Below the pieces are notes generated by a model. The model was not told where the DNA came from. It did no database searches and was given only the letters and a program-made list of their open reading frames with translations. Source: Octopus bimaculoides (Eukaryota). Taken from it: 64,000 bases of DNA. Position numbers and translations under genes: made by a program. Shown here one piece after another: positions 1 to 13,280 of the stretch. The first letter of the stretch is position 1. Each line of letters opens with the position of its first letter. The stretch spans positions 23,208,191-23,272,190 of the forward strand of contig NC_068985.1 of assembly GCF_001194135.2 (NCBI RefSeq). Reading direction: 5' to 3'.

Positions 1-27
1 TTCCACACCTTAAACTTCTCCTATATA

Positions 28-71
<44 letters not shown>

Positions 72-483
72 TTTTTTTATATATGTATATATATATATAT
101 ACATATATTTTTGTTGTTTTTTGTGTGCTTTTTTTGTGAATCCTCCCCCTATATATATACTGGCTGCCAACAAATTTTTCTGCTTTTAAAAAGAAAAAAA
201 AAAAGGATTTTATCCTTTATATCTATATTGTTCAGTATCTATGTGTTGAATAAAATTTATCTTTCTACTTGTTCTACCATACATATACATGTGTGTGTAT
301 ATATATTGATCATGTTGACACCTGATATGTGGTACACCATGCACCTGTTCAGACAACATCAATTTGATGGAGAGAATGAGTTAATGTGAGGCACAAACAT
401 TCGATCACTATAAACAAGTAATTTGTGCAGGTTGTTCAGCAAGAGCTGAATACTTATGCATCATCTTTGACAGGAGACACCAT

Positions 484-524
<41 letters not shown>

Positions 525-2429
525 TAGCAATGCACCCTGGCATTGCCTGGGTGTTATGACCTACAGCCACATTGAATTAGTTATTCCTTTGTTATGGGCA
601 GAATTGGCACACGAGGAGTATGAAGCAAACAACTCTTCTTTATAAACATGTTTTTCAGTCATTTTCTGATGAACAACGCTGCAGTTTCTGTCTACCGAAT
701 TCAGTCACAAGTCTGGGGTTGGCTTTGGGCTATAGTAGAAAACACTTGCCCAAGGTACCATGCATAGGGACTGAACATGGAACCATGTGGTTGAGAAGCA
801 AACTTCTCAACCACACAATCAGTCTTGCACCTAATGTGTGTTTGCATTTGTTGTTAAATCATGTACTGTGTCCCACCATGTCTCAAAGTTAGCAGTTCAT
901 CATGCATGATCTATAAAATAAATGCCAGATTGAAATATGTACTGAGGTGAGTATGATCAATTAATGTTTTGAAGATGATACCCCATTATGGTGACAGTGG
1001 AAAGATTAAACCCAGTAAAATGATGTTTAAAGACTTTATGGCTTCAAATTTAAGGTAATGAATTACAAACCACAAGATAATGAGCTCAAAACTTTGTATT
1101 GAAGTTCTACTCTATTATATAACACTATATGTACATCTCAGTCTACTTGACTTCTAACAATTAATTTGAAGTTGAATTGTTAACAGTAAGAAAGATGTCC
1201 AGATTTCTTTAAAAATTATTGTGCAAAATATTCTGAGAAAACATATTCTTTTTTTCACTACAACAAAACACACACACACACATGTGTGTCTGTGGTAACT
1301 TGAGCTACTACAAAAAGCCGCCAAATCTCTCTTAAAATACACCCCTTCATCAAAAAAAAGATACAAATTTACAATATTTCAGGAAGAAAAAAAAACTATG
1401 CAATGGGTCTGCTACATAAAAGCAACTCTGGGCTAAACAAAACACAGACAAACATACTTCACATTAAAAGATTATCTACTAAATTACTTTGACGTTTCAT
1501 TCCCTGGTAACTAAGATTGTTCAGGCAGAGTTGCCTCCCTTAGCTAAAGACATCAAAATTGTGTAACTCAACCTCATTTTAGAGGTAATTTTTGTAGCAA
1601 AAAAGAGTTGTGGAAAAAACATACTTTATTTGGTAGCCAAAAGATTACTGAATGCTTTGATACCTCATATGTCAAAATCAGCAACTCAGTTTTTGAATCC
1701 ATAAGGAACATATGCACACACACACACACAAGCTGTTATATATATTATGATATATATATATAATCTGTTCAGATTTATGATTTACAGACGATATATGTAT
1801 GTATGTATGTATGTATCTATGTATGTATACATCTGCATACACAACTTGGTTCTTTCAGCTTCCATCTACCATATCTACTCACAAGGCTTTAGTCAACCTG
1901 AGGCAAAAGTAAAAGACACTTGCTCAAGGTATCACACACTATGACTGAACCTGAAACCATAGCCATGCAAGCATTTACACATGCACACCCACACAACACA
2001 CACATACATCTTCTTTTCACTTTTTGCACAAAGATCTTCATGACTAAAAATCAATCTTTTACAGACAGAATTCTTTAATTTATAATTTGATAACAATATA
2101 CCAAGTGAAATTCTGATTTTCAAAGAGTGTGTGCTTATTTTAACTATGTCACAAATTGATGAATTTGAAATTTGTGAGTCATTTACTTTTGCTCATTTCT
2201 AGAGTATCCTAATTTTCATTGTTATTCTAATTGTATTTAGTATCTGTGTATGTGATGTGTGGTGTGTGNNNNNNNNNNNNNNNNNNNNNNNNNNNNNNNN
2301 NNNNNNNNNNTGTGTGTGTGTGTGTGTGTCTGTGAGAGAGAGAGTAAGAGAAAGTAAGAGACGGTTTCAAAAGTCCTGATTCAAAATGTTAATTATTTAA
2401 TTCAATTAAAATAAAAAGAATTGCCATTC

Positions 2430-3412
2430 TTTAATGTCATTAACCCATTTTTTGGCCTCTGAATCTTGAAGAACCTGTTTTGGAACCAATCAGCATGCAT
2501 AGAGGTGGATGGAGAATGCAGTGAATGCACTAGCATCAGGAGAGGGGTTACACAAGGATGTGTTATGTCACCAGATCTTTTTAATTACTACAGCAAATTG
2601 ATCATAAAAGAACTGGAGAAGGAAAAAAGTCTCAGGGTAGGAGGCAGAAATATCACAAACATAAGATATGCAGATGACACAGTTTTACTTGGAAAATTGG
2701 AAAAGGAACTTCAGAGACTTCTGGATGTAGTGGTCAAAGAAAGTAAGAGAAAAGGTTTGTTCAAAAATTGCAAGAAGTGTATGGTGGAGACAAAGCCCAA
2801 AGTGCATGCTGAAAGTGAACAACCAAATCATTAAGCAAGAATCATCTATTTTGGACCATTGATCACAAAAGATGCAAAATGTGTGAAGGAGATCAAAAGA
2901 CAAATAGTACTGGCAAAATCTGCATTCTCAAAATTGTATAATATCTTGAGAAACTGTACTTTGAGTACCAAGATCAAGATTCGTTTATTGAACTGTTGTG
3001 TCTACTCTGTGTTAATGTATGGAAGTGAGGCATGGTCTGTAACAACAGAAATGAGATGTGGAATGTGGCTCCTAAGGAGAATATTGAGGATAGCATGGAC
3101 AGACAAAGTATCTAATGAAGAAGTGATGACCCAGGCTGTGGTAAACAGGAAACTGCTTCCTGGGATATGAGTCAAGCAACTGATATTTCTTGGTTATGTG
3201 ATGAGGTAAGAGGGCTGGAGAATTCTGTGATGACTGGAAAGATTGAAGAGAAAAGAGGCAGAAGAAGAATGATATAGATGTCAAGCTTGACAAATTGGTT
3301 GGAAGAAAGAAGTATTAAATATCAGGAAGTGGAAATGTTACAGAAAACAAAGAACAGAGAATCGTGGCAGGACACGATCACCTACGTCCTACATTCTGGA
3401 CACCACACCTAA
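2430..3412 (+). mobile_element. RTE-clade LINE, 5'-truncated, decayed RT
   Basis: ORFs with RGVxQGCVMSPDLFN, IRYADDTVLL, YLG, LMYGSEAW, LRRILRIAWTDKVSNEEV; frameshifts. Confidence 0.9.
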
Positions 3413-4642
3413 AGAAAGATATCACACCCAATTAAATGGCTCTAATTTAATCTTTAGTTCACATTATCTAATGACAGACATTCAAGAACAATATCTTATA
3501 ACGTATACCATTTTGGTGTCACTATCATAATGATGCAAAGGGTTATACGATAACCCTTTGCATTCATTTTTTTATCATTAATTTTAATTCTTTCCAATAT
3601 TAATTAAATTAACATGAAAAATATTTTTGACAGTGCTCTGTGGGTTTTTTTTATAGCTCTATTCTCCCTAAACAGTTTTTTTTATTTTTTAAATTTGAAT
3701 AGATTTTGCCTCTTTTCAGACATATGATAATGAAGTGCCAAATAGAAAAAAAAAAAATGAATGAATTTATTGGACAAGCCAATAATTATTTATAGGGCGG
3801 TAAACTGGCAGAATCATTAGCACACTGGGCAAAATGCTTGGTATTTTGTCTGCTGTTACATTCTGAGTTCAAATTCTGCCAAGGTCAACTTTGCCTGTCA
3901 TCCTTTCAGGGTCGATTAAATAAGTACCAGTTATGCACTGGGCAATGTAATCGACTTAATCCCTTTGTCTGTCCTTGTTTATCCCCTCTGTTTAGCCCCC
4001 AGTGGGCAATAAAGAAATAAGTATTATTTTCCTCCATTGGTTTCAGTGAGAACTTTGGAAAGTTTCAAGAATTATTAAAAGTACTACATTTTTTATCAAA
4101 AGATAGTAAAAATAGTAAAAATAAAATCAAATAATTCAAATAGTAATTAACCTATTTTGATGAATGTACCTTAGAAAATGTAGTGATGATTGTTGTCATT
4201 ATTGTCATCTTTATTTATCATGAACAATTTTCATTAATATTAATAAACTTTACTAAAATATGAAGTTTATTGAAATTCCACTATATATAATATCTTCTGA
4301 ATAATGTAATAATGTGTCATAAATTTATGTCTACTTCTAACCCTTGTGGCTTCAAGTTTTCTAATATTAGTTTAAGGCTAATTTTTGTATGGGAGTATTA
4401 TAACTAACAAGATGAACTCTAGTTTATTAGTGATACTTTATCAACACCAAATGGACAAAAGTTAGCATCAGTTTTCATAGATTTTGATTTCAGAACCTAT
4501 AGGGATGAAACTAAGCGAATTAAAAACTACACGAAAAAAACTAAGTGAAAAAAACCTATAGGGATAAAACTAAATTAATTAATTACAACTCTTTAATGTC
4601 ACAGTTATTATCTTCAATATTCATGGACTTTTAAGTTCTTCA

Positions 4643-4780
<138 letters not shown>

Positions 4781-5429
4781 ACACGTGTGCATGCATGTGT
4801 GCGAGTGTGTGTTGATAAACTTAATTTGCATTGTTGTGTATGAAAGTATAATAACTTCTGGCTCCACTCTCTTATCTCCTAAGCTTCAGGAGTCATGACA
4901 GGCAAGGAATTAATGTGTCAACATCTTTGAATTCTAATATAAATATTCTAGAAGAGAAATATTTGGAACACCAGTCAGATATTTACCACAACTTCATTGA
5001 CTATAAAAAAATCTTCTGACTATGTGTGGCTTGAGGCACACTGTCTTATTATGTGAAAATATCACATCAGCCTGCCAATAGTAAATATTATGACATTATT
5101 TAATAGTGCATAAAAATTTGCTCGAAAATTCACCAATTAACTCATTCAAAATAACACTTGGTACCAGACAAGCTTGGGATTCTTTCCCTAAATCAATTTT
5201 TGGGGTTTCTAGAATATATTGATGGAAGCCCTTGATTCTTTGGTAGGAAATACTAAAATAAAGACAAAGTGGAGATATTAGTAATTTCTGTTTTATCAAT
5301 GATATTGATTTAACAAGAAAGAATGTAGAACTTAGAAATCTAACAACATGTTTTGGAACAACCACAGGGCAATATAGAATAAAAAAAGAACGCTGAAAAA
5401 CAAAAATAATGACAACTAGTTAAAACAAA

Positions 5430-5960
5430 ATAATCAATTCAACTGAATCAGTAGGAAAGATGCTCAAACAAGCTGATGTATTTAAATATTTGGGACGAGC
5501 AATAACGGAAGATGTGAGATCAAAGAAAGAAAGAAAATGTCAGACTGTAGCAGCTACCATAATTTTAGCAGAATTAGACCCTGTTCAGAAAATAAGATTG
5601 CAGTAATAATAAAAATTCCTTTTTAAAAAAAAGCAATAGTAATTGCAACTGTAGTCTGTGGGTGAGAATAGAGGAGGTTAAATGCTGAAAGTGAGAAAAA
5701 GATTATAGTTTTTTTTAAATGAAATGTTATAGAAATACCCTTTGCATTCATATACAGAACATCACGCTAGTAAGATTGTTGTGACCCTCGTTACTCTTTT
5801 ACTAATTGTTTACAGATGGAAAATGAAGAGGTTTGCAATGACACCATGATATCCTACTTCTTGTGGTGGGTTAAAAAAATATCAAGGAATGGAGGAAGAT
5901 GGTGAAAAACATGAAACAGGCTGATGACCAGGAAAAATAAAGGAAGAGGTTATGTCACTT
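5430..5960 (+). mobile_element. Old RTE-like LINE fragment
   Basis: LKQADVFKYLGRAITED-type post-RT motif; heavily decayed. Confidence 0.5.
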
Positions 5961-6799
5961 ACTGAGAAATCATCTGAAAAATCAAAGTCCTTAACCAATG
6001 TAATTAAGAGTGATGACTGCAATGACATAAATGTATAATGAATGGATGTTGTGTGTCAGATGAGAAGATAGTAAAACAGAATAACAAAATGTTGAACTAT
6101 AGAGAGTCAATTAAATTTGAAGATGTTAAGTCTTACTGATGAATAATACAGGATTGTGTTATTTGGAATTGAAATGCCTATCCAACTTATGTCAGCATGG
6201 AAAAATATTGTCGTGATGGTGATGATGACAACAACAATAACACGAACAATAGTGATAATGATGATGAAGTTTTACAAGTACAAAGTCATTCTAAAAACAA
6301 GTGTATTTTCAAGAACTTATGTTGGTATGTTTAATGTGGTGATTGGTGAAGAAATACAATTGCTTAGTCACCAACAAAGCACTTCCTATTAAGATAGGAA
6401 AGATAAATTAAAAATTTGGTTGACTGTTAAGGATTAGCCAGAAAACAATACTGAGTATTGTAAAAATAGACACTAAATGAACTTGATAAATTGTTAACGA
6501 TATTATGAAGACAAAGGAGAAAAGATAATCATCCAGCTTAAGAAATGCATAGTATTTAGAACAACAATGGCTTGCTTGTGAATTTGATTGGAGAATGGAA
6601 TAATTTCACTTTTTACTGTGTGAAGTTTTATTCAGTATTGTTTAATTTCCCTTTTAGTACTGGAAATACAAGAATAGATCTCAAGCTGACATCAGTTTAT
6701 TAAGCATAAAATGACACCAATACAGTATCAGCTCCAAATGAAGATTCTCAAAGATGCAATTATTTGTTAAGGAATTAATTCTTTATCCATTGTAACTAG

Positions 6800-7042
6800 T
6801 TTGTAATCCTTTTGCGAACATATCTATTTGCTCCAATTAATTTTGATAGCGAAGAAGTTTGAGAGATTTGGTAAAACAACTGACTTATTTAATTTTTAAG
6901 CTGGTGTTTGGAATATAATTTAACAAAGGATTCCTACATAAATTCATTGTTGATCTTCATAAAAAATTTTGGTTAAAACCATGCAGGATGTGTATTATAG
7001 AACCAGAGGGAATTTGAAGCAGATTGATATTGAAGGGGTTAA
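6800..7042. mobile_element. piggyBac-type MITE family 1, degenerate
   Basis: Ends GGGTTAA; internal similarity to 30892-31121. Confidence 0.45.
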
Positions 7043-9329
7043 ATGAAAACTGATATAAAGTAGAGTTTTGTTATTCTGCAGAGATTTATCTTTGAACCAA
7101 TATAAAAATTCAGTTATCTGATGATTTTAAGCTGTAATTACAATATATTAATGTTAATTAATATATTCTTATTATTAATGCATCACCATATGAGAAAAAT
7201 ACTTTATAAGTATAAGAAGGAAGTGAGCTCCTAATTCTGCAGATATTATAACAGAAATCTTATTTGGTATCATATAGTTCCAACTATATCACAAAATAAA
7301 TAGCCTATAGGAAGCCTTATTTAACTTTTTAAAATTTTATGCCTTTATGTTTTGACAAATTATTTTGTACACAAACTAGATGTTATTTAATCTAGCTGAA
7401 CATCCCAACAAGACTGATTAAAATGACAATGTTAAGACTACAGTTTCTTTTTGTAAATGAAATTTTTTAAATGTTAAGAATTTTAATACATCTCAATTTT
7501 GTATTAAATATATTTTAAATATAAAGAAAAACTAAACAATAAATTTCACAAATTAGTTTTAAATATTCTTTATTTCTATGAGTTCTTTCTTTTTTTATTT
7601 CTTAATGTTAATATCAAGTTTAGTGTTCTATTTATAAGTCAGCACCAGGCCCAAACATGATATCAGTAACATAGATTTTAAAATAGAATAAATTTACACT
7701 TAGTAATCTAAATGACGTTGTTAGTCACAAATGTTTTAAGATATGAAGCATGTCTAAATTCATCACATGTAGTTTGAAATCATGGAATTTTATTTGATAA
7801 AGTCACAAAATGATAAAATAAAGACATATATTTAAAAGGAAAATACCCTCAAGTAAAGGAACTAGAATGGTAACTAAGCAGCATTGCTCAAAAGAAGGTT
7901 GAGGCTATATATGATGTAAAAGGGATGATCTATAAGTATAAAAAAGAAGAAAAACTAATGCTAGAAATGTTGTGATAGTAATTTATACAGATTGGCATGG
8001 AGATTGATAGCATAGATGTTATTAAGATGATCGATAAAGAAATGTAGAGAGTAAAAAGAACTTGATGTTGCTTGAGGAAACCAAGATAGAAAGAAAGACA
8101 TTTAAAAAAAATATTTTATATTCATTCTTCACACAAGCATGTATAGGATGGTTCTGAACATTGAAATATTTGCACAGACCTCCATTGTCAGGGATTTTTA
8201 ATTGCTATGACTCCCATCACCATAGTTCTAGCACAAATCTAGAGAAAATTGCAGTAACCACAGAGTTTAAAATATAGCAGTAGATATACTTGATATGGTA
8301 AACTAAATATTCTTTATGTATGGTATAGAAACAAAATGGCCTTGTGAATATGGTAGTGAAACACTTGCTTTCAAGAGATTAAAAGTTTTAAAGCTTCTGC
8401 TGGTCTTTTGGTATGTTACTTGGCAAGTTATTTATGTCTACAATATCTCAGTTCACCTAGCTATATGGAATGGGTTTAGATTTTTGAAAAAGATAAGCCA
8501 GGCTGATGCATAAGTTTTATGGAATAAGGCCAGAATGGTAATATTCTGTTCCGCCAAGGTCAACTTTGCCTTTCATCCTTTCAGGGTCAATAAATTAAGT
8601 ACCAGTTGCATACTGGGATCAATAAGTTAAGTTCTAGTTGCATACTGGGGTTGATCTAATTGACTGACCCCTCCCCAAACTTTCAGGCCTTGTGCCTAGA
8701 GTAGAAAAGAATATTCTATCAACATTATTGAATCAGTAATGTACCATTTATGTAGTTAACCAAGAGCATATCTAAGCTAGCAAGCTGGCAGAATCATTAA
8801 CCTGTCAGACAAAATGCTTAGTGGCATTTCATCCATCTCTGCGTTCATCATCATCATCATCATCATCTTTTAACGTCCGCTTTCCATGCTAGCATGGGTT
8901 GGACGATTTGACTGAGGACTGGTGAACCAAATGGCTACACCAGGCTCAAATTCTGCCATGACTGGGTCTTCTTTTCATCCTTTCAGGGTCAATACAACAA
9001 GTACCAGTTGAATACAGGAGTCAATGTAATCAGTTTATCCTCTCCCTGAAAGTGCTGGCCTAGTGCCAACATTTGAAACAAATTAAGAGCAATATCTACT
9101 TCGAGTAGTCCAACATCTCTTGACTCTATTATCTATGGCTAGATTCACTCATATAAAGCATAAGTGAAATAGCTCAACAGAGAAGTGAAACCAAGTCGCT
9201 GATTCATCTTGCAAGGAACTTCCCACTGCTTTATAGCACACACTAATTAAGATTAAACACCTTTAAAAAGAAAAGAAAATCAGAATATATCTAGAAAATG
9301 TAATGAACCACAGTAATCATTCAAGTTAT

Positions 9330-9588
9330 GAGAATTGGTGGCACATAAAATACACCATTTTGAGTGTGGCCATTGCCAGTACCGCCTGACTGGCCTTCGT
9401 GCCAGTGGCACGTAAAAGCACCCACTACACTCTCTGAGTGGTTGGCGTTAGGAAGGGCATCCAGCTGTAGAAACTCTGCCAAATCAGATTGGAGCGTGGT
9501 GTAGCCATCTGGTTTCACCAGTCCTCAGTCAAATCGTCCAACCCATGCTAGCATGGAAAGCGGACGTTAAACGACGATGATGATGATG
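9330..9588 (+). mobile_element. 5'-truncated RTE 3'-UTR copy with (GAT)n tail (representative)
   Basis: Near-identical to 24420-24795. Other copies: 8846-8947(-), 18484-18755(-), 30706-30884(-), 31271-31472(-), 37545-37752(-), 42535-42712(+), 44048-44127(+), 48520-48795(+), 54686-54825(-), 56779-57105(-), 59760-60350(+), 61556-61863(+), 62401-62586(-). Confidence 0.9.
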
Positions 9589-9810
9589 TTACTTTAAACA
9601 AAATAAATCCTTGTTCTGCAATTGAGTAAGTCTTGTGTGCCATCAGTAGAGGTTAATAACAGTAAAGTAAGATCTAAGAATGCAGAGCCTCAAAGGAGAG
9701 CTAATAAAAGATTGGAACAGATGGCAACGTCTAGACCACTTCTATTATATGCCAGTATAAATACAGAGATATTAAAATGACAAAAATCATGGTAATGTTT
9801 TATGGGTTGG

Positions 9811-10020
9811 CAAGCTGGCAGAAATGTTAGCACACTGGGTGAAATGCTTAGCGGTATTTCATCTGTCTTTATATTCTGAGTTCAAATTCCGCCAAGGTCG
9901 ACTTTGCCTTTCATCCTTTCGGAGTCTATAAATTAGGTACCAGTTGTGTACTGGGTTCGATCTAATCAACTGGCTCCTCCCCAAAAATTTTTGGCCTTGT
10001 GTCTAGAGTAGAAAAGAATT
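9811..10020 (+). mobile_element. SINE family C (representative copy)
   Basis: ggcaagctggcagaa...gagttcaaattcc...ctttgcctttcatcctttc...aagtaccag. Other copies at 3796-4020, 8547-8712, 8780-9085, 12030-12460, 12655-12875, 48118-48445 (-), 49628-49850, 53120-53315, 54228-54372, 55125-55815. Confidence 0.85.
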
Positions 10021-10784
10021 ATGGTAATGTTTTATCTTTTACTTGTTTCAGTCATTAGACCGTAGCCACTGTGGGGCACCACCTTGAACTTATAGTTGAG
10101 TGAATGAATCAACCCCAGTACTTATTTTTTCTTTGCCTTTCATCCTGGTACTTATGCAATCAGCCTCTATTGCCAAACTGCTAAGTCAAAGGGACATAAA
10201 CAGACCAACACCAATTATCAATCAGCAGTGAGAGACAAACACAAAGACACACACATATATATACATATATGACAGGCTTCTTTCAGTTTCCATCTACCAA
10301 ATTCACTCACAAGGCTTTGGTTAGGCTAGAAGACACTTGTCCAAGGTGCCACACAGTGGAACTGAACTCAGAACCATATAGTTGGGAAGCAAACTTCTTA
10401 CCACACAGCCATGCCTGTTGATGATTTAATTTATGTGGTGATTTAAGTATTAAAAAATTAAGTATGGAAAGTAATTTTATGAAAATAATTTAACCAAATA
10501 ATTAATGTGTGAAAATTTAAATGTGAATGTTTTCACAACTCAAAGAAGTATTTCATAAGAAAATTTTCTCAAAATATTCTCCAAGAATATTTACCAGTCA
10601 ATAAAGAGGTAATCTATAACTTGTCAAAGTATTCTGTTTAAAAGATTTCATAATTGAATAGTGTGTCTACAAGAGAAGCTTTAAATGAGAGGGATATTAA
10701 TAAGGATATATACATTAAAACAAATTTTCTTGGGTTGGGAAACACCTATTGAATATCAGTCCATAACAAATAATTTGGTGTATG

Positions 10785-10915
10785 TGTGTGTGTGCACGCG
10801 GACATGCGTGCGAGTGTGTGTGTGCACGCGGACATGCGTGCGAGTGTGTGTGTGCACGCGGACATGCGTGCGAGTGTGTGTGTGCACGCGGACATCCGTG
10901 CGAGTGTGTGTGTGT
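10785..10915. repeat. 30-bp minisatellite, 4 copies
   Basis: Unit tgtgcacgcggacatgcgtgcgagtgtgtg at 10791, 10821, 10851, 10881. Confidence 0.95.
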
Positions 10916-11194
10916 AAGCAAATGAAATGAAAAGTGTTGAAAAATTAAGGATTTTACTCTCCACCAGTTGTATTCAGTATTTATATACTGTGGGTGCTCA
11001 TGCATTTATATTTGTATATTTACACATATTGTTCTATGCTGAAATGGATTTGATAGTTCTGCAAATTTAAATATTCACATGAAATGTTGAATCATAGTTA
11101 TTCTAATGACAGATTCTTTACCACAGACTGAACTGGGTCTATTTTAAGCTGAACTGACTAAGAGGCAATAAATACCCCTTGCTTTTAGAGTGCA

Positions 11195-11702
11195 GATCAA
11201 TAGTAATAGCAGAGTAGTAGTGGCAATGGTCGTGGTAGCATTAGAGTAGTAGCAACGGAGGTGGTGGTAGTAGTATATAGAAGTAATGTTATTGACAGTA
11301 GTAATGATGGTGGTGGTGATGTAGTAGAGTAGTATATAGTAGTGGTGTCAGTAGTAGTATAGTAGAAGCAACAGTAGTAGTGGCAGTAATAGTACAGTAG
11401 TACTGGCAGCGTTGTAGTGGTAGTGGCCAAAGTGTTTGTAGTAGTACTGTAGTAGCACCAATAGTGGTTATAGAATAGTTATAGTGGTAGTAGTGTAATA
11501 GAAGTGGTGATGGTAGCTAGAGTATAGTGGTGTAACAGTAAAGTTGTGGTGGTGGTGGTAATAGTATGGCGGTGATGATAATAGTGTGGCGGTGATGGTA
11601 GTAGTAGTAGTGGTTGTGGTGGTGGTGGTGGTGGTAGTAGTAGTGGTTGTGGTGGTGGTAGTAGTAGTGGTGGTGGTGGTGGTAGTGGTTGTTGTGGTGG
11701 TG

Positions 11703-11734
<32 letters not shown>

Positions 11735-11800
11735 GGTAGTGGTGGTGGTGGTGGTGGTGGTAGTAGTAGTAGTAGCAGCAGCAGCAGTTATGGTGGTAAA
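11195..11800. repeat. (GTA)/(GTG)n low-complexity tract
   Basis: Degenerate then pure trinucleotide repeats. Confidence 0.95.
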
Positions 11801-13216
11801 CTTTATGATTTGGATCTTGGCTCTAACAATTTAACCCTTCATCCCATCATATCATCCTACGTCTAACATCTTAACCATTCATCTACCACACTCGTGCATT
11901 ACAGTTGATATTTCGATTCAAATGCTGAATAAAAAGTTTGAATGAAAATTCTACAATTCAGGAAGCTGAATGACAGAAGAGAGGAAGCCAATCGGCGTGA
12001 AATCGATTATGTGCCAGATAGAAATACTTTGCGGTATTTGGTAGAAGTCTTTTTACGTCAGGGTTCAAATACAGCCAGCTGTGGTCAATTTTGGTTTTCA
12101 TCCTTTCGTAGTCAATAAATAAAGTACCAGTCAAGTACTAGAGTCGATGATATCAACTATGCCGCACCCACTACCTCAAATTTGTGGCCTTATGCCAAAA
12201 TTTAGAACCATTCTACCGATGTCGACTTCGTTTTTCATACTTTTGAACATTGGGATCGATGTAAAAGACTGGCCCACTTCCCGCAAAATTTCAGGCCTTG
12301 TGCCTATATCAGACAGAATTATTATCATTATTTGAGGATGACAGAATCGGTAGAGCGTTGAATATGATAATGTCTTCAGTATTTTGTTAGGTCGTTTTAT
12401 GTTTAGTTCAAAGCTTGCCAGAGTCTATAATAATTCATAAGCCGTTAAAAATAGGTACCAGTCGGGTTAAACAACTGTGATCTCTTAAAAATGTCAGGTC
12501 AGATGCTAATGTTTGAAATACTTTGTTTTAAAAAGCAAGGAAATGAGAGCCCCAATCAAATACAAGAACCTATTAGGCCTATATTTGTTAAACTCTTCTG
12601 CATAAACCCAAAGCTTTGTGCATTATGTAAGAAATCCTTCATTTTTAAAGGGTAGTTGGACGGCAGATTCTGGACAGGCGCCGGACAAAATGTTTTAATA
12701 GTATCTACTTAAATCCTTTATATTCTGAGTTCAAATCTAGTCGGTGTTAACTTTGTCTTTTTTTACTTTTTTACCCCTCACTAAATAAATACCAGTCAAA
12801 TGCTGGAGTCAATTGGATTGACACTCCACCTACAAAACTTGTGGCTTTTTGCTAAAGTTAGAAATCAGTTACTGTTTTTAGAAGTATGTATTCTAAAACA
12901 AAAGTGAGATTCTTTAGTCATTAGATAAATTAAAGTACTGTATAGCCAATTGGCAAAACAAGTTTTCTATATCAAAGCATAATTTCTACAACATACGAAT
13001 TCAACATTAAAACCAAATGTAATAAGATAAAGTAGGAAGAAACTGAATAACTGTGATCTGGATCTTTATTGGAGTCTTCCTTCAACTTCCATTTCAAATT
13101 TGATTCAACATTTCTATGAGAAAACGTTTTCATAACTCGTTGAGAGTATTACCAATAACTATATGGTCTTTGAATGTTAGTATAACAAAGTAATACAAAT
13201 GTTTATTAGTGTCCGA

Positions 13217-13280
13217 TTATGAATGAATAAAAAGACTCAGAATGCACACTGCAAGAAAGCTCCAGTAGAATATTCGATAG
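13217..13280 (-). CDS. Putative terminal exon of the divergent gene (S-YRIFYWSFLAVCILSLFIHS*)
   Basis: aattttacag acceptor; phase compatible with the 15966 donor; hydrophobic TM-like segment; AATAAA at 13207-13202 about 10 nt after the stop. Confidence 0.28.
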
